DNA from: a virus
Length of the DNA stretch: 64,000 bases
Virus record (IMG/VR): IMGVR_UViG_3300020152_000021
Coordinates: 19,868 to 83,867 of that record
Strand: one strand, 5' to 3'
The translations under genes were made by a program, and so were the position numbers. The number at the start of each line of letters is the position of its first letter. The first letter of the stretch is position 1. Positions 41,006-49,270 of the stretch are shown here, in pieces. Below the pieces are notes generated by a model. The model was not told the DNA's origin. It worked only from the letters and a program-made list of their open reading frames with translations, and did no database searches.

Positions 41006-41455
41006 ATGATTGGATATTACACAGAAAGCGAAAAACCAACCAAGAGCGAGATATTTGTATTCGGATCTAATCTTGCTGGCAGACATGGAAAAGGCGCTGC
41101 TAAGGACGCTTTAAGACTTTATGGAGCCAGTTACGGACAAGGTATAGGAATTCAAGGAAGAAGCTACGCTATACCAACTAAAGATCACTATCTTAATGTA
41201 CTTCCCATCGAACGTATCGATAAGGATGTTAAGATCTTTGTTTCTTTTACCAGAGACAATCCTAAGATAAATTTCTTTATTACTAGAGTAGGTTGTGGAT
41301 TGGCTGGTTATAAAGATTATGAAATAGCTCCTTTGTTTAAAGGCATAGGAGATAATTGTAGAGTTCATTTAGATTGGTATAAACTACTTAAGGAAGATAA
41401 CCATGACAACGATACGTGCCGAATACACCGTGGAATACAGAGTAGTCGAAGATAG
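41006..41455 (+). CDS. A1S_2505-like phage protein (macro-like fold)
   Basis: IFVFGSNLAGRHGKGAA, SYAIPTK, TRVGCGLAG. Confidence 0.7.
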   Translation: MIGYYTESEKPTKSEIFVFGSNLAGRHGKGAAKDALRLYGASYGQGIGIQGRSYAIPTKDHYLNVLPIERIDKDVKIFVSFTRDNPKINFFITRVGCGLAGYKDYEIAPLFKGIGDNCRVHLDWYKLLKEDNHDNDTCRIHRGIQSSRR

Positions 41456-41642
41456 CGTTAACTACTGTAAAGCTTTCTTCACCGATCAAGTTAGTCTAAA
41501 AGACTTTATTGATCGACTTGAGAAAGAAAAAATCGCGTTTAAAGTATTACACTGGAGTTGGTTGGCTGAGCAAGAAAAATTTGCTTTAGGGGGTCACTAT
41601 ACGTACTGGTTAACCAAAGAACAGTTGTTAAAAGAACGTTAA
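41403..41642 (+). CDS. Hypothetical protein
   Basis: 79-aa ORF, RBS AAGGAAG. Confidence 0.5.
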   Translation: MTTIRAEYTVEYRVVEDSVNYCKAFFTDQVSLKDFIDRLEKEKIAFKVLHWSWLAEQEKFALGGHYTYWLTKEQLLKER

Positions 41643-41701
41643 TATGCTTAGTTTTACAAGTATTTCTTAAGTAAATTAACGTCTTTGTTAAAACAACAAT
41701 T

Positions 41702-41732
41702 AGAACAGTCTATGATGATCATAGACTGTTCT
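41702..41732. terminator. Bidirectional terminator hairpin
   Basis: 14-bp stem AGAACAGTCTATGA...TCATAGACTGTTCT. Confidence 0.75.
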
Positions 41733-41749
41733 GTTAGTGTTATCTTATT

Positions 41750-42373
41750 TTAACTACCATAGAAGTTCGGTGCTTTGTTAACAGTTCCTAACCTGGCAAT
41801 TTGATAATGTAAATCACATTGCCAAGCATGGATTCTGCCGTTATAAGAATCGACTGCGCCATCTCTAAATACTCTCATCTTAACAACTGAATCAGGTTCA
41901 ATTTGAGATGAGAGAATAGCGTTTAAATCAGATACTTCAGATACCATATGTCTATATTGATAGCCTGCTGGGAAGGTATGATCTATATAAACAGTGGTAG
42001 AAGAAGCAAGAGAAAATGCTGATTGCCCATGACCTTTAGCGATCATGTACTGAAGTCCCCAGCGTACCGTGCCTGCTAAGTTAGTAAGAGGCATCCAGTG
42101 GATATGAGGATAAACTTTAGTATTTAAAGCGATATCATGATCGATATGAAAATCAACCCACACTTGATTTAGCGCAGTACCACTAAAAACAAGACCTTCA
42201 AATCCAGTCAAATATTCTTCCCAAGTTGGGTTTGTCGAACCTGTGGTTCCTTTACTTACTAAAAAGTTAGCTTTTTCATCACACCACACGTAATCGTTAC
42301 CGGATTTTATTACACTATTTTGTCCATCAATAGCAACAACTTCTGAGTCAATTTTGGTAATCTTAAGTTTCAT
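41750..42373 (-). CDS. Hypothetical beta-rich protein, paralog A
   Basis: Shares NQVWVDFH, YPHxHWMPL, IAKGHGQSAF, HAWQxDxHYQI with 42398-43015. Confidence 0.7.
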   Translation of the reverse strand: MKLKITKIDSEVVAIDGQNSVIKSGNDYVWCDEKANFLVSKGTTGSTNPTWEEYLTGFEGLVFSGTALNQVWVDFHIDHDIALNTKVYPHIHWMPLTNLAGTVRWGLQYMIAKGHGQSAFSLASSTTVYIDHTFPAGYQYRHMVSEVSDLNAILSSQIEPDSVVKMRVFRDGAVDSYNGRIHAWQCDLHYQIARLGTVNKAPNFYGS

Positions 42374-42397
42374 AACAGCTTTCTTCTAAATTAAAAA

Positions 42398-43015
42398 TTA
42401 ATCATTATAGAAATTAGGTGCTTTATTGATAGTCCCTATTCTTTCTATCTGATAATGAATATCAGACTGCCATGCGTGCACTTTGCCATTGTAAGTGTCT
42501 ACAGCGGCATCTCTAAAGATTCTAATCTTAATAACAGTATCTGGTTCGATTTCTGATGACAGAATAGCTTTATCATCAGGAAACTCAGTTACTAAATGTT
42601 TATTTACATCGCTAGGTGTGATCACGTGATCCACATAAACCGTTGTGGAAACAGTTGGAAAAGCCGACTGTCCATGACCTTTAGCAATTACATATTGGAA
42701 TCCCCAACGAACGGTACCACTACCAGCGACTAAAGGCATCCAATGCACATGGGGATATATTTTAGTATTTAATGCGAGATTATGGTTCATATGGAAATCT
42801 ACCCATACTTGATTCATAATCGAGCCATCAAAAACTAAACCTTCAAAACCTGGTAGATATTCTTCTAGAACTGGGTTATTACCACCAGTGGTGGTTTTAA
42901 GAACAAAATATGCTTTCTCGTCTCGCCAAAGATACTTATCGTTGGATTTAATAACAGTGTTTTGTCCATCGATTGCTGTTTCTACAGGTTTACTTGCTTT
43001 AGATGTTAATTTCAT
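42398..43015 (-). CDS. Hypothetical beta-rich protein, paralog B
   Basis: Tandem duplicate of 41750-42373. Confidence 0.7.
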   Translation of the reverse strand: MKLTSKASKPVETAIDGQNTVIKSNDKYLWRDEKAYFVLKTTTGGNNPVLEEYLPGFEGLVFDGSIMNQVWVDFHMNHNLALNTKIYPHVHWMPLVAGSGTVRWGFQYVIAKGHGQSAFPTVSTTVYVDHVITPSDVNKHLVTEFPDDKAILSSEIEPDTVIKIRIFRDAAVDTYNGKVHAWQSDIHYQIERIGTINKAPNFYND

Positions 43016-43102
43016 AGAAATCCTAGTTTTTAACGTACATCAATAAATATAGTTAGTTTTACTACCTTTTTTAACAATATAATTTTTAACTGGAGAATAA
43101 AA

Positions 43103-43477
43103 ATGACTAATATGTCTCTTTCTGTTGGCGTGATTCTTTCCGCAGCAGCACAAGAAGTTATTAACGTTCTGGAAGAAGTTCGTAGACATCCTGACACTGA
43201 AAAACACCTTAGCGAATATCAAGGTGTTAAGTGGTTGAATATGTGTAACATCGTTAACGGTCATGTTGAAGATGTTACAGAAGAATACAAAGCTTTAATG
43301 GGTAAACTAAGCGATGCTCTTCATGATCATCTTATCGATGGTGGTCAGCATAGTGATGTTTATTACGAACTTAAAAAAGAAGGTTATAGATTGCGCACAG
43401 GGGAACGTGATAGCTTTGGTCCTCTGTCTGCTGTAGTTTGCTGTCCCAATGCTGATTGGCAAGTTTGTTACGGGTAA
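43103..43477 (+). CDS. Hypothetical protein
   Basis: 124 aa, RBS GGAG, GERDSFGPL motif. Confidence 0.6.
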   Translation: MTNMSLSVGVILSAAAQEVINVLEEVRRHPDTEKHLSEYQGVKWLNMCNIVNGHVEDVTEEYKALMGKLSDALHDHLIDGGQHSDVYYELKKEGYRLRTGERDSFGPLSAVVCCPNADWQVCYG

Positions 43478-43485
43478 TCCTATTT

Positions 43486-43517
43486 GAATTTTTTACAGTT
43501 ACATATATAATAAATGA
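43486..43517 (+). promoter_or_regulatory. Putative phage early promoter, copy 5
   Basis: TTTGAA-N8-AGTTACATATATAATAAAT. Confidence 0.65.
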
Positions 43518-43578
43518 CATCTGAGTTGGTCTATAGACTTCTCTATCGACAACTATCCAATTTTTAAAGGGGAAGAAA

Positions 43579-45393
43579 ATGTCTAAGAAAACTGTTAAAC
43601 TTACTTCTAACGTTACCTCTGTCGCCACGAACGAGTTTGCAAAGTTGACGTTCGAATTTTCATCCGTACCGGTTGGTTTTACGCTGGACGACATCAAAGT
43701 CACCAATGGTGTTGTTACTGAATTGAAACAAGACGCGTCGAACCCGTTGATTTATACAGCCTTGTTTACGCCTGGTAATACCAGTAGCAAGATGTCGACG
43801 ATTCAGCTTGCAGGGGATTATACGACCGGGTCCGATATCGGAAATCCGAGTAACACCCTGACATTGTCGAATATTCACAATGTGATCGTTCCGACCATCG
43901 GGTTTAACAGTAATAACACTACTGTAACCGAAGGTAATAATGGTCACAAAACGGTGAGCTACACGGTTACGTTGTCGGCAGCGGTTTCGAACGCAGTCAC
44001 TGTGGAGTATACTACCAATAAGTTGCAAGGTAACGCAACTGCTGGTAGCGACTTCATCGGTAAAACCGGAACACTGACGTTTGCACCGGGTGAAACCAGT
44101 AAGACGATTACGGTCGATATCATCGGTGACACCCAGTACGAAGGAAAAGAACATTTCTATGTGCATCTCTCTTCGGCAAGTGGTGCTGCGCTGGTCAAGG
44201 ACGGTGCAGAGGGGCTGCGTAGTAGTTGGACGATGACGCAGATCAACAACGACGATGCTGCTCCTGCGCCGGTGGTTGGCTTTGCCAGCAATAACGCTAG
44301 TATCGTTGAAGGTAACAACGGTGTTAAGAAATTTAACTTCGTTGCTACACTCGACAAAGCGTCAACAGAAGCTGTAACGGTCGGCTACACTACTAACCAG
44401 CTAAAAGGTACTGCAACTGCTGGCAGTGATTTCGTAGCACAAACCGGGACAGTGACTTTTGCTGCTGGTGAGACAAGTAAGACTATCAGCATCGACGTGA
44501 TCGGTGATACCGTAAACGAAGGAAAGGAGTATTTCTATCTTCATCTTACTTCGGCTACTGGTGGAACCCTTCCCGTATCCGGCGCTAGTGGTTCTCTTAG
44601 TAGTTGGGTGATGGGAAACATTGTTGACGACGATGTCAGCACTGTCCCGACGGTAGGATTTAGTACCAATAACTTCAGCATGACCGAAGGAAATACTGGG
44701 ACTAAGAAGTTTGATTTTGTAGCTACTCTTAACAAAGCATCTACAGAGTCAGTCACTGTCGGTTACACCACCAACCAACTCAAAGGTACCGCAACTGCTG
44801 GCAGTGATTTCGTTGCACAAACCGGTACAGTAACATTTGCTCCGGGTGAAACCAGCAAGACCATCAGTGTCGATGTAATTGGTGACACTACCTACGAGGC
44901 AAAGGAATACTTTTACGTACATCTTACCTCTGTAAACGGTGCAGCGCTTGTTGTTAATGGTTCTGAAGGCCTGAGGAGTAACTGGGCTAGGGGAAACATT
45001 GACAATGACGATAAACTCGGTAGTGTTGGTCCTAACTCTGTTTACGGGACTTTCGGTAAAGATGTTCTCGGTGGGACTGCTCACGCAGATGTTATCGACG
45101 GCATGGGTGGGCAAGATTTGATGAAGGGATACGCTGGTGCTGATTTGTTTATGTTGTCGTCAGCTTATGCTGTTCAGTCACCTAATCTTGCAGTTACCAT
45201 CTCTGATTTCAAGAACGGAGAAGATCGTATTGGATTGAAAGGAGGCTTGTCCTTTAATAACCTTAAGATAGAACAAGGTGTCAAAGATCATATCAATGAT
45301 ACAATGATTTATCTTAACACTGGTGAATCCCTTGCGGTACTGGTTGGTGTTAATGTCGCTGAAATTAACGCTAATGATTTTTCCATTGTTTAA
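43579..45393 (+). CDS. Ig-like plus three Calx-beta domains plus RTX-like C-terminus (adhesin-like)
   Basis: Three repeats of EGNxGxK...ATAGSDF...GTxTFAxGETSKTIxxDxIGDT; glycine/aspartate nonapeptide-like GMGGQDLM/GYAGADLF; TISDFKNGEDRIGL...NDFSIV. Confidence 0.8.
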   Translation: MSKKTVKLTSNVTSVATNEFAKLTFEFSSVPVGFTLDDIKVTNGVVTELKQDASNPLIYTALFTPGNTSSKMSTIQLAGDYTTGSDIGNPSNTLTLSNIHNVIVPTIGFNSNNTTVTEGNNGHKTVSYTVTLSAAVSNAVTVEYTTNKLQGNATAGSDFIGKTGTLTFAPGETSKTITVDIIGDTQYEGKEHFYVHLSSASGAALVKDGAEGLRSSWTMTQINNDDAAPAPVVGFASNNASIVEGNNGVKKFNFVATLDKASTEAVTVGYTTNQLKGTATAGSDFVAQTGTVTFAAGETSKTISIDVIGDTVNEGKEYFYLHLTSATGGTLPVSGASGSLSSWVMGNIVDDDVSTVPTVGFSTNNFSMTEGNTGTKKFDFVATLNKASTESVTVGYTTNQLKGTATAGSDFVAQTGTVTFAPGETSKTISVDVIGDTTYEAKEYFYVHLTSVNGAALVVNGSEGLRSNWARGNIDNDDKLGSVGPNSVYGTFGKDVLGGTAHADVIDGMGGQDLMKGYAGADLFMLSSAYAVQSPNLAVTISDFKNGEDRIGLKGGLSFNNLKIEQGVKDHINDTMIYLNTGESLAVLVGVNVAEINANDFSIV

Positions 45394-45404
45394 ATAAATA
45401 AAAA

Positions 45405-45439
45405 GATGAAGATGATCTGAAGCTTAGATCATCTTCATC
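45405..45439. terminator. Terminator-like hairpin
   Basis: GATGAAGATGATCT...AGATCATCTTCATC. Confidence 0.7.
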
Positions 45440-45473
45440 GTTTACTTGATCTTAACAGATAAGGAGGTTAGAC

Positions 45474-45956
45474 GTGAATTATATTTTTTCTATTGGCTTT
45501 GCGGTTATCGCATTCGTAATTAGCTTTAGCCTTGGTTTTATCGCGGCTAACAAAATGCACGGTACAAAAATGTACGATTATTTCGCTTCTCCGTGCGGTA
45601 ATAACCTGGAACTTGACTGGGGTGGTCGCCAGTTCTTCAGGTTGTTCAGTAAAGGTATGAGTGAGCGTTGGTATGAAGCGCGTGCTCATTTGAATCGTGG
45701 TGTGTTTATTTCACTACTCGCTACGTTTCATTTGATCCATATTGTTCGTATTGAATTTGAAACGTCGAAGGAAAACCTTCATTCTTACGACACTATGTTT
45801 GTTCATGGTTTTCAGTCACTGAAGACGTTGAAAGAAAAGCTTCCGAAGCTTATCGAACAAGCACGAACAAAAGCTAAAGACGCGCAATACTATTATCAAA
45901 CCTTTATTTCCGGGCATAATATCATTCATGATTTCATGAACGGAGAATTGGCTTAA
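45474..45956 (+). CDS. Hypothetical protein with N-terminal membrane anchor
   Basis: RBS AAGGAGG, GTG start, hydrophobic first 25 aa. Confidence 0.65.
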   Translation: MNYIFSIGFAVIAFVISFSLGFIAANKMHGTKMYDYFASPCGNNLELDWGGRQFFRLFSKGMSERWYEARAHLNRGVFISLLATFHLIHIVRIEFETSKENLHSYDTMFVHGFQSLKTLKEKLPKLIEQARTKAKDAQYYYQTFISGHNIIHDFMNGELA

Positions 45957-45960
45957 CAGT

Positions 45961-45997
45961 AAGATGGTCAGGAAGCTCTGACCATCTTTTTCTTTTG
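45961..45997 (+). terminator. Intrinsic terminator
   Basis: AAGATGGTCAG...CTGACCATCTT plus T-tract. Confidence 0.7.
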
Positions 45998-46008
45998 TAA
46001 GAACCAAC

Positions 46009-46668
46009 ATGGCAACTAAAAGAGCAAAAAAGAAATACGTTCCTAGACCTGTTTATTACCCTGGGATGATTATTCAGATTCATGCTTTTAGTGAATTTGA
46101 AAGAGCATTAGATAACTTCCTTGCAACTGGTCAAGTAGACACTGATCATGAAGGTACTTTCATTTTTAAGAATAACGCCGGTATAGTCCAAGCGTATGAC
46201 TGTGCTTTGTATATCTACATTAGATTAGCAACGATTTACGGTCAAAGAAACAACAAGGTATACAATCTGAAACCTCTTAGCATTCTTCAAAACCGGATGT
46301 ACGAGAGAAGAGGTTTCGATGAAGAAGAAATCGAAGCAGCAAAGAAGTGTCTGGATGTTTGCAGACAGATCCTATGTAAGATTCCTGCGCCAGAAGTAAG
46401 AGATATTCTCACCAGTATTAAAACTTCACTTAGACTCGAAGAGATAATTGAAGCAGATTTGAAAAATCCTCAACTTCTTATCGAGAAGTTTAAAGCAAGA
46501 TTCGGTGACTTGACTGAAGAAGAAGTCATCGAAAAAGATAAACATTATCAAGAACTTGCTATTGAGTTTCCTGATGATGAACGTATTAAGTTCCTGCAAA
46601 AGGAATACAGTAAGTTCGTAGCAGCTTACAGATTCAATCGGATCAATCAGATCCACCAAGTCTCTTAA
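46009..46668 (+). CDS. Hypothetical protein
   Basis: 219-aa ORF with basic N-terminus. Confidence 0.6.
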   Translation: MATKRAKKKYVPRPVYYPGMIIQIHAFSEFERALDNFLATGQVDTDHEGTFIFKNNAGIVQAYDCALYIYIRLATIYGQRNNKVYNLKPLSILQNRMYERRGFDEEEIEAAKKCLDVCRQILCKIPAPEVRDILTSIKTSLRLEEIIEADLKNPQLLIEKFKARFGDLTEEEVIEKDKHYQELAIEFPDDERIKFLQKEYSKFVAAYRFNRINQIHQVS

Positions 46669-46682
46669 GAGAAGGAACAGTT

Positions 46683-47045
46683 ATGGCAATGTCACATTTG
46701 GAAAGTCTATTAAGGGGATTAGAAGTACCTAATCCGATGTGGTGGTTAACGCAACAACCTACTGCTTTGTACTTACTCGGAAATACTATCGCCACTCAAG
46801 CTAAACAGGCTCCTGGAGCGATTAAACCGTTTAAGAGCGAAGATTCTCCGCAAGCCTCTGAAGGGAAGGTTCGAGTGGATGTGGAAGAAGTAAGATTACT
46901 CAGAGCAAGACTTGCTGAAATCAATCAACTCGATTTTGATAAGATCGAGTGGTTTGAAAACGATGAAAAGGTTTTTGTCTCTGGACAACAGAAACAAGAA
47001 TGGAAAGAAATCGGTTTAAGTAATACGGAATTCATTACAAGATAA
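46683..47045 (+). CDS. Hypothetical protein
   Basis: 120-aa ORF, RBS AAGGA. Confidence 0.6.
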   Translation: MAMSHLESLLRGLEVPNPMWWLTQQPTALYLLGNTIATQAKQAPGAIKPFKSEDSPQASEGKVRVDVEEVRLLRARLAEINQLDFDKIEWFENDEKVFVSGQQKQEWKEIGLSNTEFITR

Positions 47046-47052
47046 TAATCAG

Positions 47053-47085
47053 AACCTACTAGGACTTCCTAGTAGGTTTTTTCTT
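47053..47085 (+). terminator. Intrinsic terminator
   Basis: AACCTACTAGGA-CT-TCCTAGTAGGTT plus T-tract. Confidence 0.75.
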
Positions 47086-47099
47086 CCTAAGGATATAAA

Positions 47100-47621
47100 A
47101 TGAATACAGAAATTAAAACATACGAACAAGGTATCGAAGAAGGAATCAAGCGTGCTTTTGATCTTCTTCAATCTGCTGCGGCAAACACAGACGATAACGA
47201 TCGTTCAAATATTCTAAGTGACGCAGCAGAAGATATTCTTGAACATGCTCCTTCGTTCAAATCACAATGGTTAGAAATGAAGGAATACGGTAAACGCTTA
47301 CGTGAAACTCTGAGTAAGTCTTATCCGCAAAAAGTTGCAGGAGAAGTTATATCTAGCGATCCTGTTCACGGCTGGCATTTTAAACCATCGGTTTCTTGGG
47401 AAGAAATCGGACATGGTACTAAACTTTATATGTTTAACCATCAATGTACGATAGATCCTAGTCTTGTGCTAAACAATATGCTCTGGCTTTATCGTAGACT
47501 TCCGCGTGGTTACGGAAGTGTTCCTCATATCGATAGATGTATAAACATATTAGCATTACAAACAGGAACTGACATAAGAGAGTTTTTAGGTGAAAGACAA
47601 AGTTCTGATAATAAAGATTAA
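47100..47621 (+). CDS. Hypothetical protein
   Basis: 173-aa ORF, RBS AAGGA. Confidence 0.6.
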   Translation: MNTEIKTYEQGIEEGIKRAFDLLQSAAANTDDNDRSNILSDAAEDILEHAPSFKSQWLEMKEYGKRLRETLSKSYPQKVAGEVISSDPVHGWHFKPSVSWEEIGHGTKLYMFNHQCTIDPSLVLNNMLWLYRRLPRGYGSVPHIDRCINILALQTGTDIREFLGERQSSDNKD

Positions 47622-47642
47622 TAATATCCTAAGGAGTTTAAA

Positions 47643-47801
47643 ATGCGTATTCTTTTGTTAGCTATTGTTCCTATCTATATTTGTCTTTGGTTGTTTTGTT
47701 TTGGTCACGCAATCAAAAACAAAAAGGTAATAGGTATCTTTGTTCTGTTTTTCCTCAATCCTTTTGCTCCATTTATTTATCTCGCTGTATTTAGAAGATA
47801 G
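47643..47801 (+). CDS. 52-aa two-helix membrane protein (not in ORF track)
   Basis: RBS AAGGAG; MRILLLAIVPIYICLWLFCFGHAIKNKKVIGIFVLFFLNPFAPFIYLAVFRR. Confidence 0.7.
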   Translation: MRILLLAIVPIYICLWLFCFGHAIKNKKVIGIFVLFFLNPFAPFIYLAVFRR

Positions 47802-47806
47802 TATTT

Positions 47807-47839
47807 GAATCGTATTCAATTACATATATATTAACTGTA
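47807..47839 (+). promoter_or_regulatory. Putative phage early promoter, copy 6 (upstream of the Tas-like gene)
   Basis: TTTGAA-N8-AATTACATATATATTAACTGTA; 21 of 22 nt identical to 27568-27589. Confidence 0.65.
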
Positions 47840-47907
47840 CTTGTACTTATAATTGTTATTGCTTGCAATTATATTTTATTTATTCATTAAGCATTAAGGA
47901 GATTAAG

Positions 47908-48780
47908 ATGACTGAACTGAATGTAAGCGTTACCCGTCTGACTCGTGATATGGCTAAAGCTGCTAAAACTCTTAGCGACGCTGAAGCTCGTTTCCTGGTG
48001 GACTCTTATTATACGGTGCAAGAAGACCGTATCCGTAACGCAGCACAAACCCGCGAACTCACGAAAGCCGGTGAACCCAATGAACTGTTGGGTTGGCTTA
48101 CCGACCAATCCGAAGTTTTGGAAGGTCAAATCAAACGTGCTTTGGACAAATATACCGAAGCACACAAGATGGGTTCCTGGATGCGTGAAATCTACGGCAT
48201 TGGTCCGGTGCTCTCTGCTGGTCTTCTGGCTAACATCAGCATGAAGCCATGGAAGTGCGTTAATCCTAAAAAGAAATGCAAGCCGGAAGAACCTTGCAAT
48301 CCTCAATGTCATCACGAGATCATTGAGACCGCTGGACAGATTTGGCGTTACGCTGGTCTTGATCCGACGCTGAAATGGGAAAAGGGTCAGAAACGTCCTT
48401 GGAACGCAACTCTGAAGACTCTGTGCTGGAAGATCGGTCAAAGTTTCATGAAGTTCTCTGGTCAAGATGAATGTTTTTACGGGAAGATTTATCTGGAACG
48501 GAAGAAGTTTGAGATCGAACGCAATGAACGCGGTGACAATGCTCAGCTTGCGGCTACCTTGAAGGAAAAGGTTAGCAAAACTACTGATGCATACAAGTCG
48601 CTTTCGGAAGGCAAGCTTCCTCCAGGTCAGATTGACGCAAGGGCACGTCGATATGCTGTAAAGATCTTCTTGTCCCATCTTCACGCCGAATGGTATCGTC
48701 GTGAATTTGGTAAAGAACCGGCAGCTCCTTTCGCAATCGGTATTCTCGGACACGCACATATGATCAATCCTCCTCATTGA
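47908..48780 (+). CDS. Nop-domain RNA-binding protein, TIGR-associated TasA-like (no RuvC or HNH)
   Basis: 290 aa from the ATG after AAGGAG; coiled-coil YxVQEDRIR, GIGPVLSAGL, WRYAGL, ARRYAVKIFL as in IS110 C-terminal/Nop domains; no N-terminal DEDD RuvC; directly followed by a dual-repeat array. Confidence 0.8.
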   Translation: MTELNVSVTRLTRDMAKAAKTLSDAEARFLVDSYYTVQEDRIRNAAQTRELTKAGEPNELLGWLTDQSEVLEGQIKRALDKYTEAHKMGSWMREIYGIGPVLSAGLLANISMKPWKCVNPKKKCKPEEPCNPQCHHEIIETAGQIWRYAGLDPTLKWEKGQKRPWNATLKTLCWKIGQSFMKFSGQDECFYGKIYLERKKFEIERNERGDNAQLAATLKEKVSKTTDAYKSLSEGKLPPGQIDARARRYAVKIFLSHLHAEWYRREFGKEPAAPFAIGILGHAHMINPPH

Positions 48781-48785
48781 GGAAG

Positions 48786-49267
48786 AGTGAACCAAGATCC
48801 AGGAGTGTACCTCTAGGCAAAAGTGAACCAATAAGAGCAAGTGTACCAAGATCGCTGTGTGAACCAAAACTCTCCGGGTTAATTTCCGGAGAGTCCTAAG
48901 TGAACCATATCTCCAGTTAGTAACATTGACTGTAAGTGAACCAGAGGCAAGAAGTGTACCATTTCATTGAAGTGAATCAACTCGAATGAGTGTACCATGA
49001 CTCGATAGTGAACCACTCAAGTGAGCGTACCACGAATATGAGTGAACCGTTAAGGACGACTAGTAACATAAATAGCAAGTGAACCACAAAGATCTGAGAG
49101 TACCACTGCGAGAAAGTGAACCATCACTGTAGAGCGTACCATACTGTAAGAGTGAATCACAAAATCAGAGAGTACCAATCACACGGAATGAATCAATTTC
49201 GAAGAGAGTACCATTGCAACAGAATGAATCAATGATGTAAAGAGTACCATGAAAGTTAAGTAAACAA
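48786..49267 (+). ncRNA. TIGR-like dual-repeat guide RNA array (13 units plus a degenerate terminal repeat)
   Basis: Repeat 1 AGTGAA(C/T)CA-like at 48786, 48822, 48858, 48899, 48935, 48971, 49007, 49041, 49078, 49115, 49151, 49187, 49223, 49259; repeat 2 AG(T/C/A)GTACCA or YTAGTAACA midway; unique 8-10-nt spacers. Confidence 0.88.
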
Positions 49268-49270
49268 AAA

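Noticed and set aside
47863-48780. IS110-family transposase or bridge recombinase
   Set aside because: Only the C-terminal/Nop-like part is present: no N-terminal DEDD RuvC domain and no catalytic SG loop. The adjacent non-coding DNA is a multi-unit dual-repeat array, not a single bridge RNA.
47887-48867. 326-aa minus-strand ORF
   Set aside because: Antisense shadow of the Tas-like gene; no recognisable motifs, and it starts inside the array.
48926-48934. Spacer ttgactgta resembles ttaactgta in the promoter motif (27581, 47831), suggesting autoregulation
   Set aside because: 8 of 9 match, but the partner spacer tatctccag fits neither flank; likely chance in AT-rich DNA. A full search could revisit this.
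48786-49267. CRISPR array
   Set aside because: Repeats and spacers are only about 9 nt and two repeat types alternate; no cas genes in the window.
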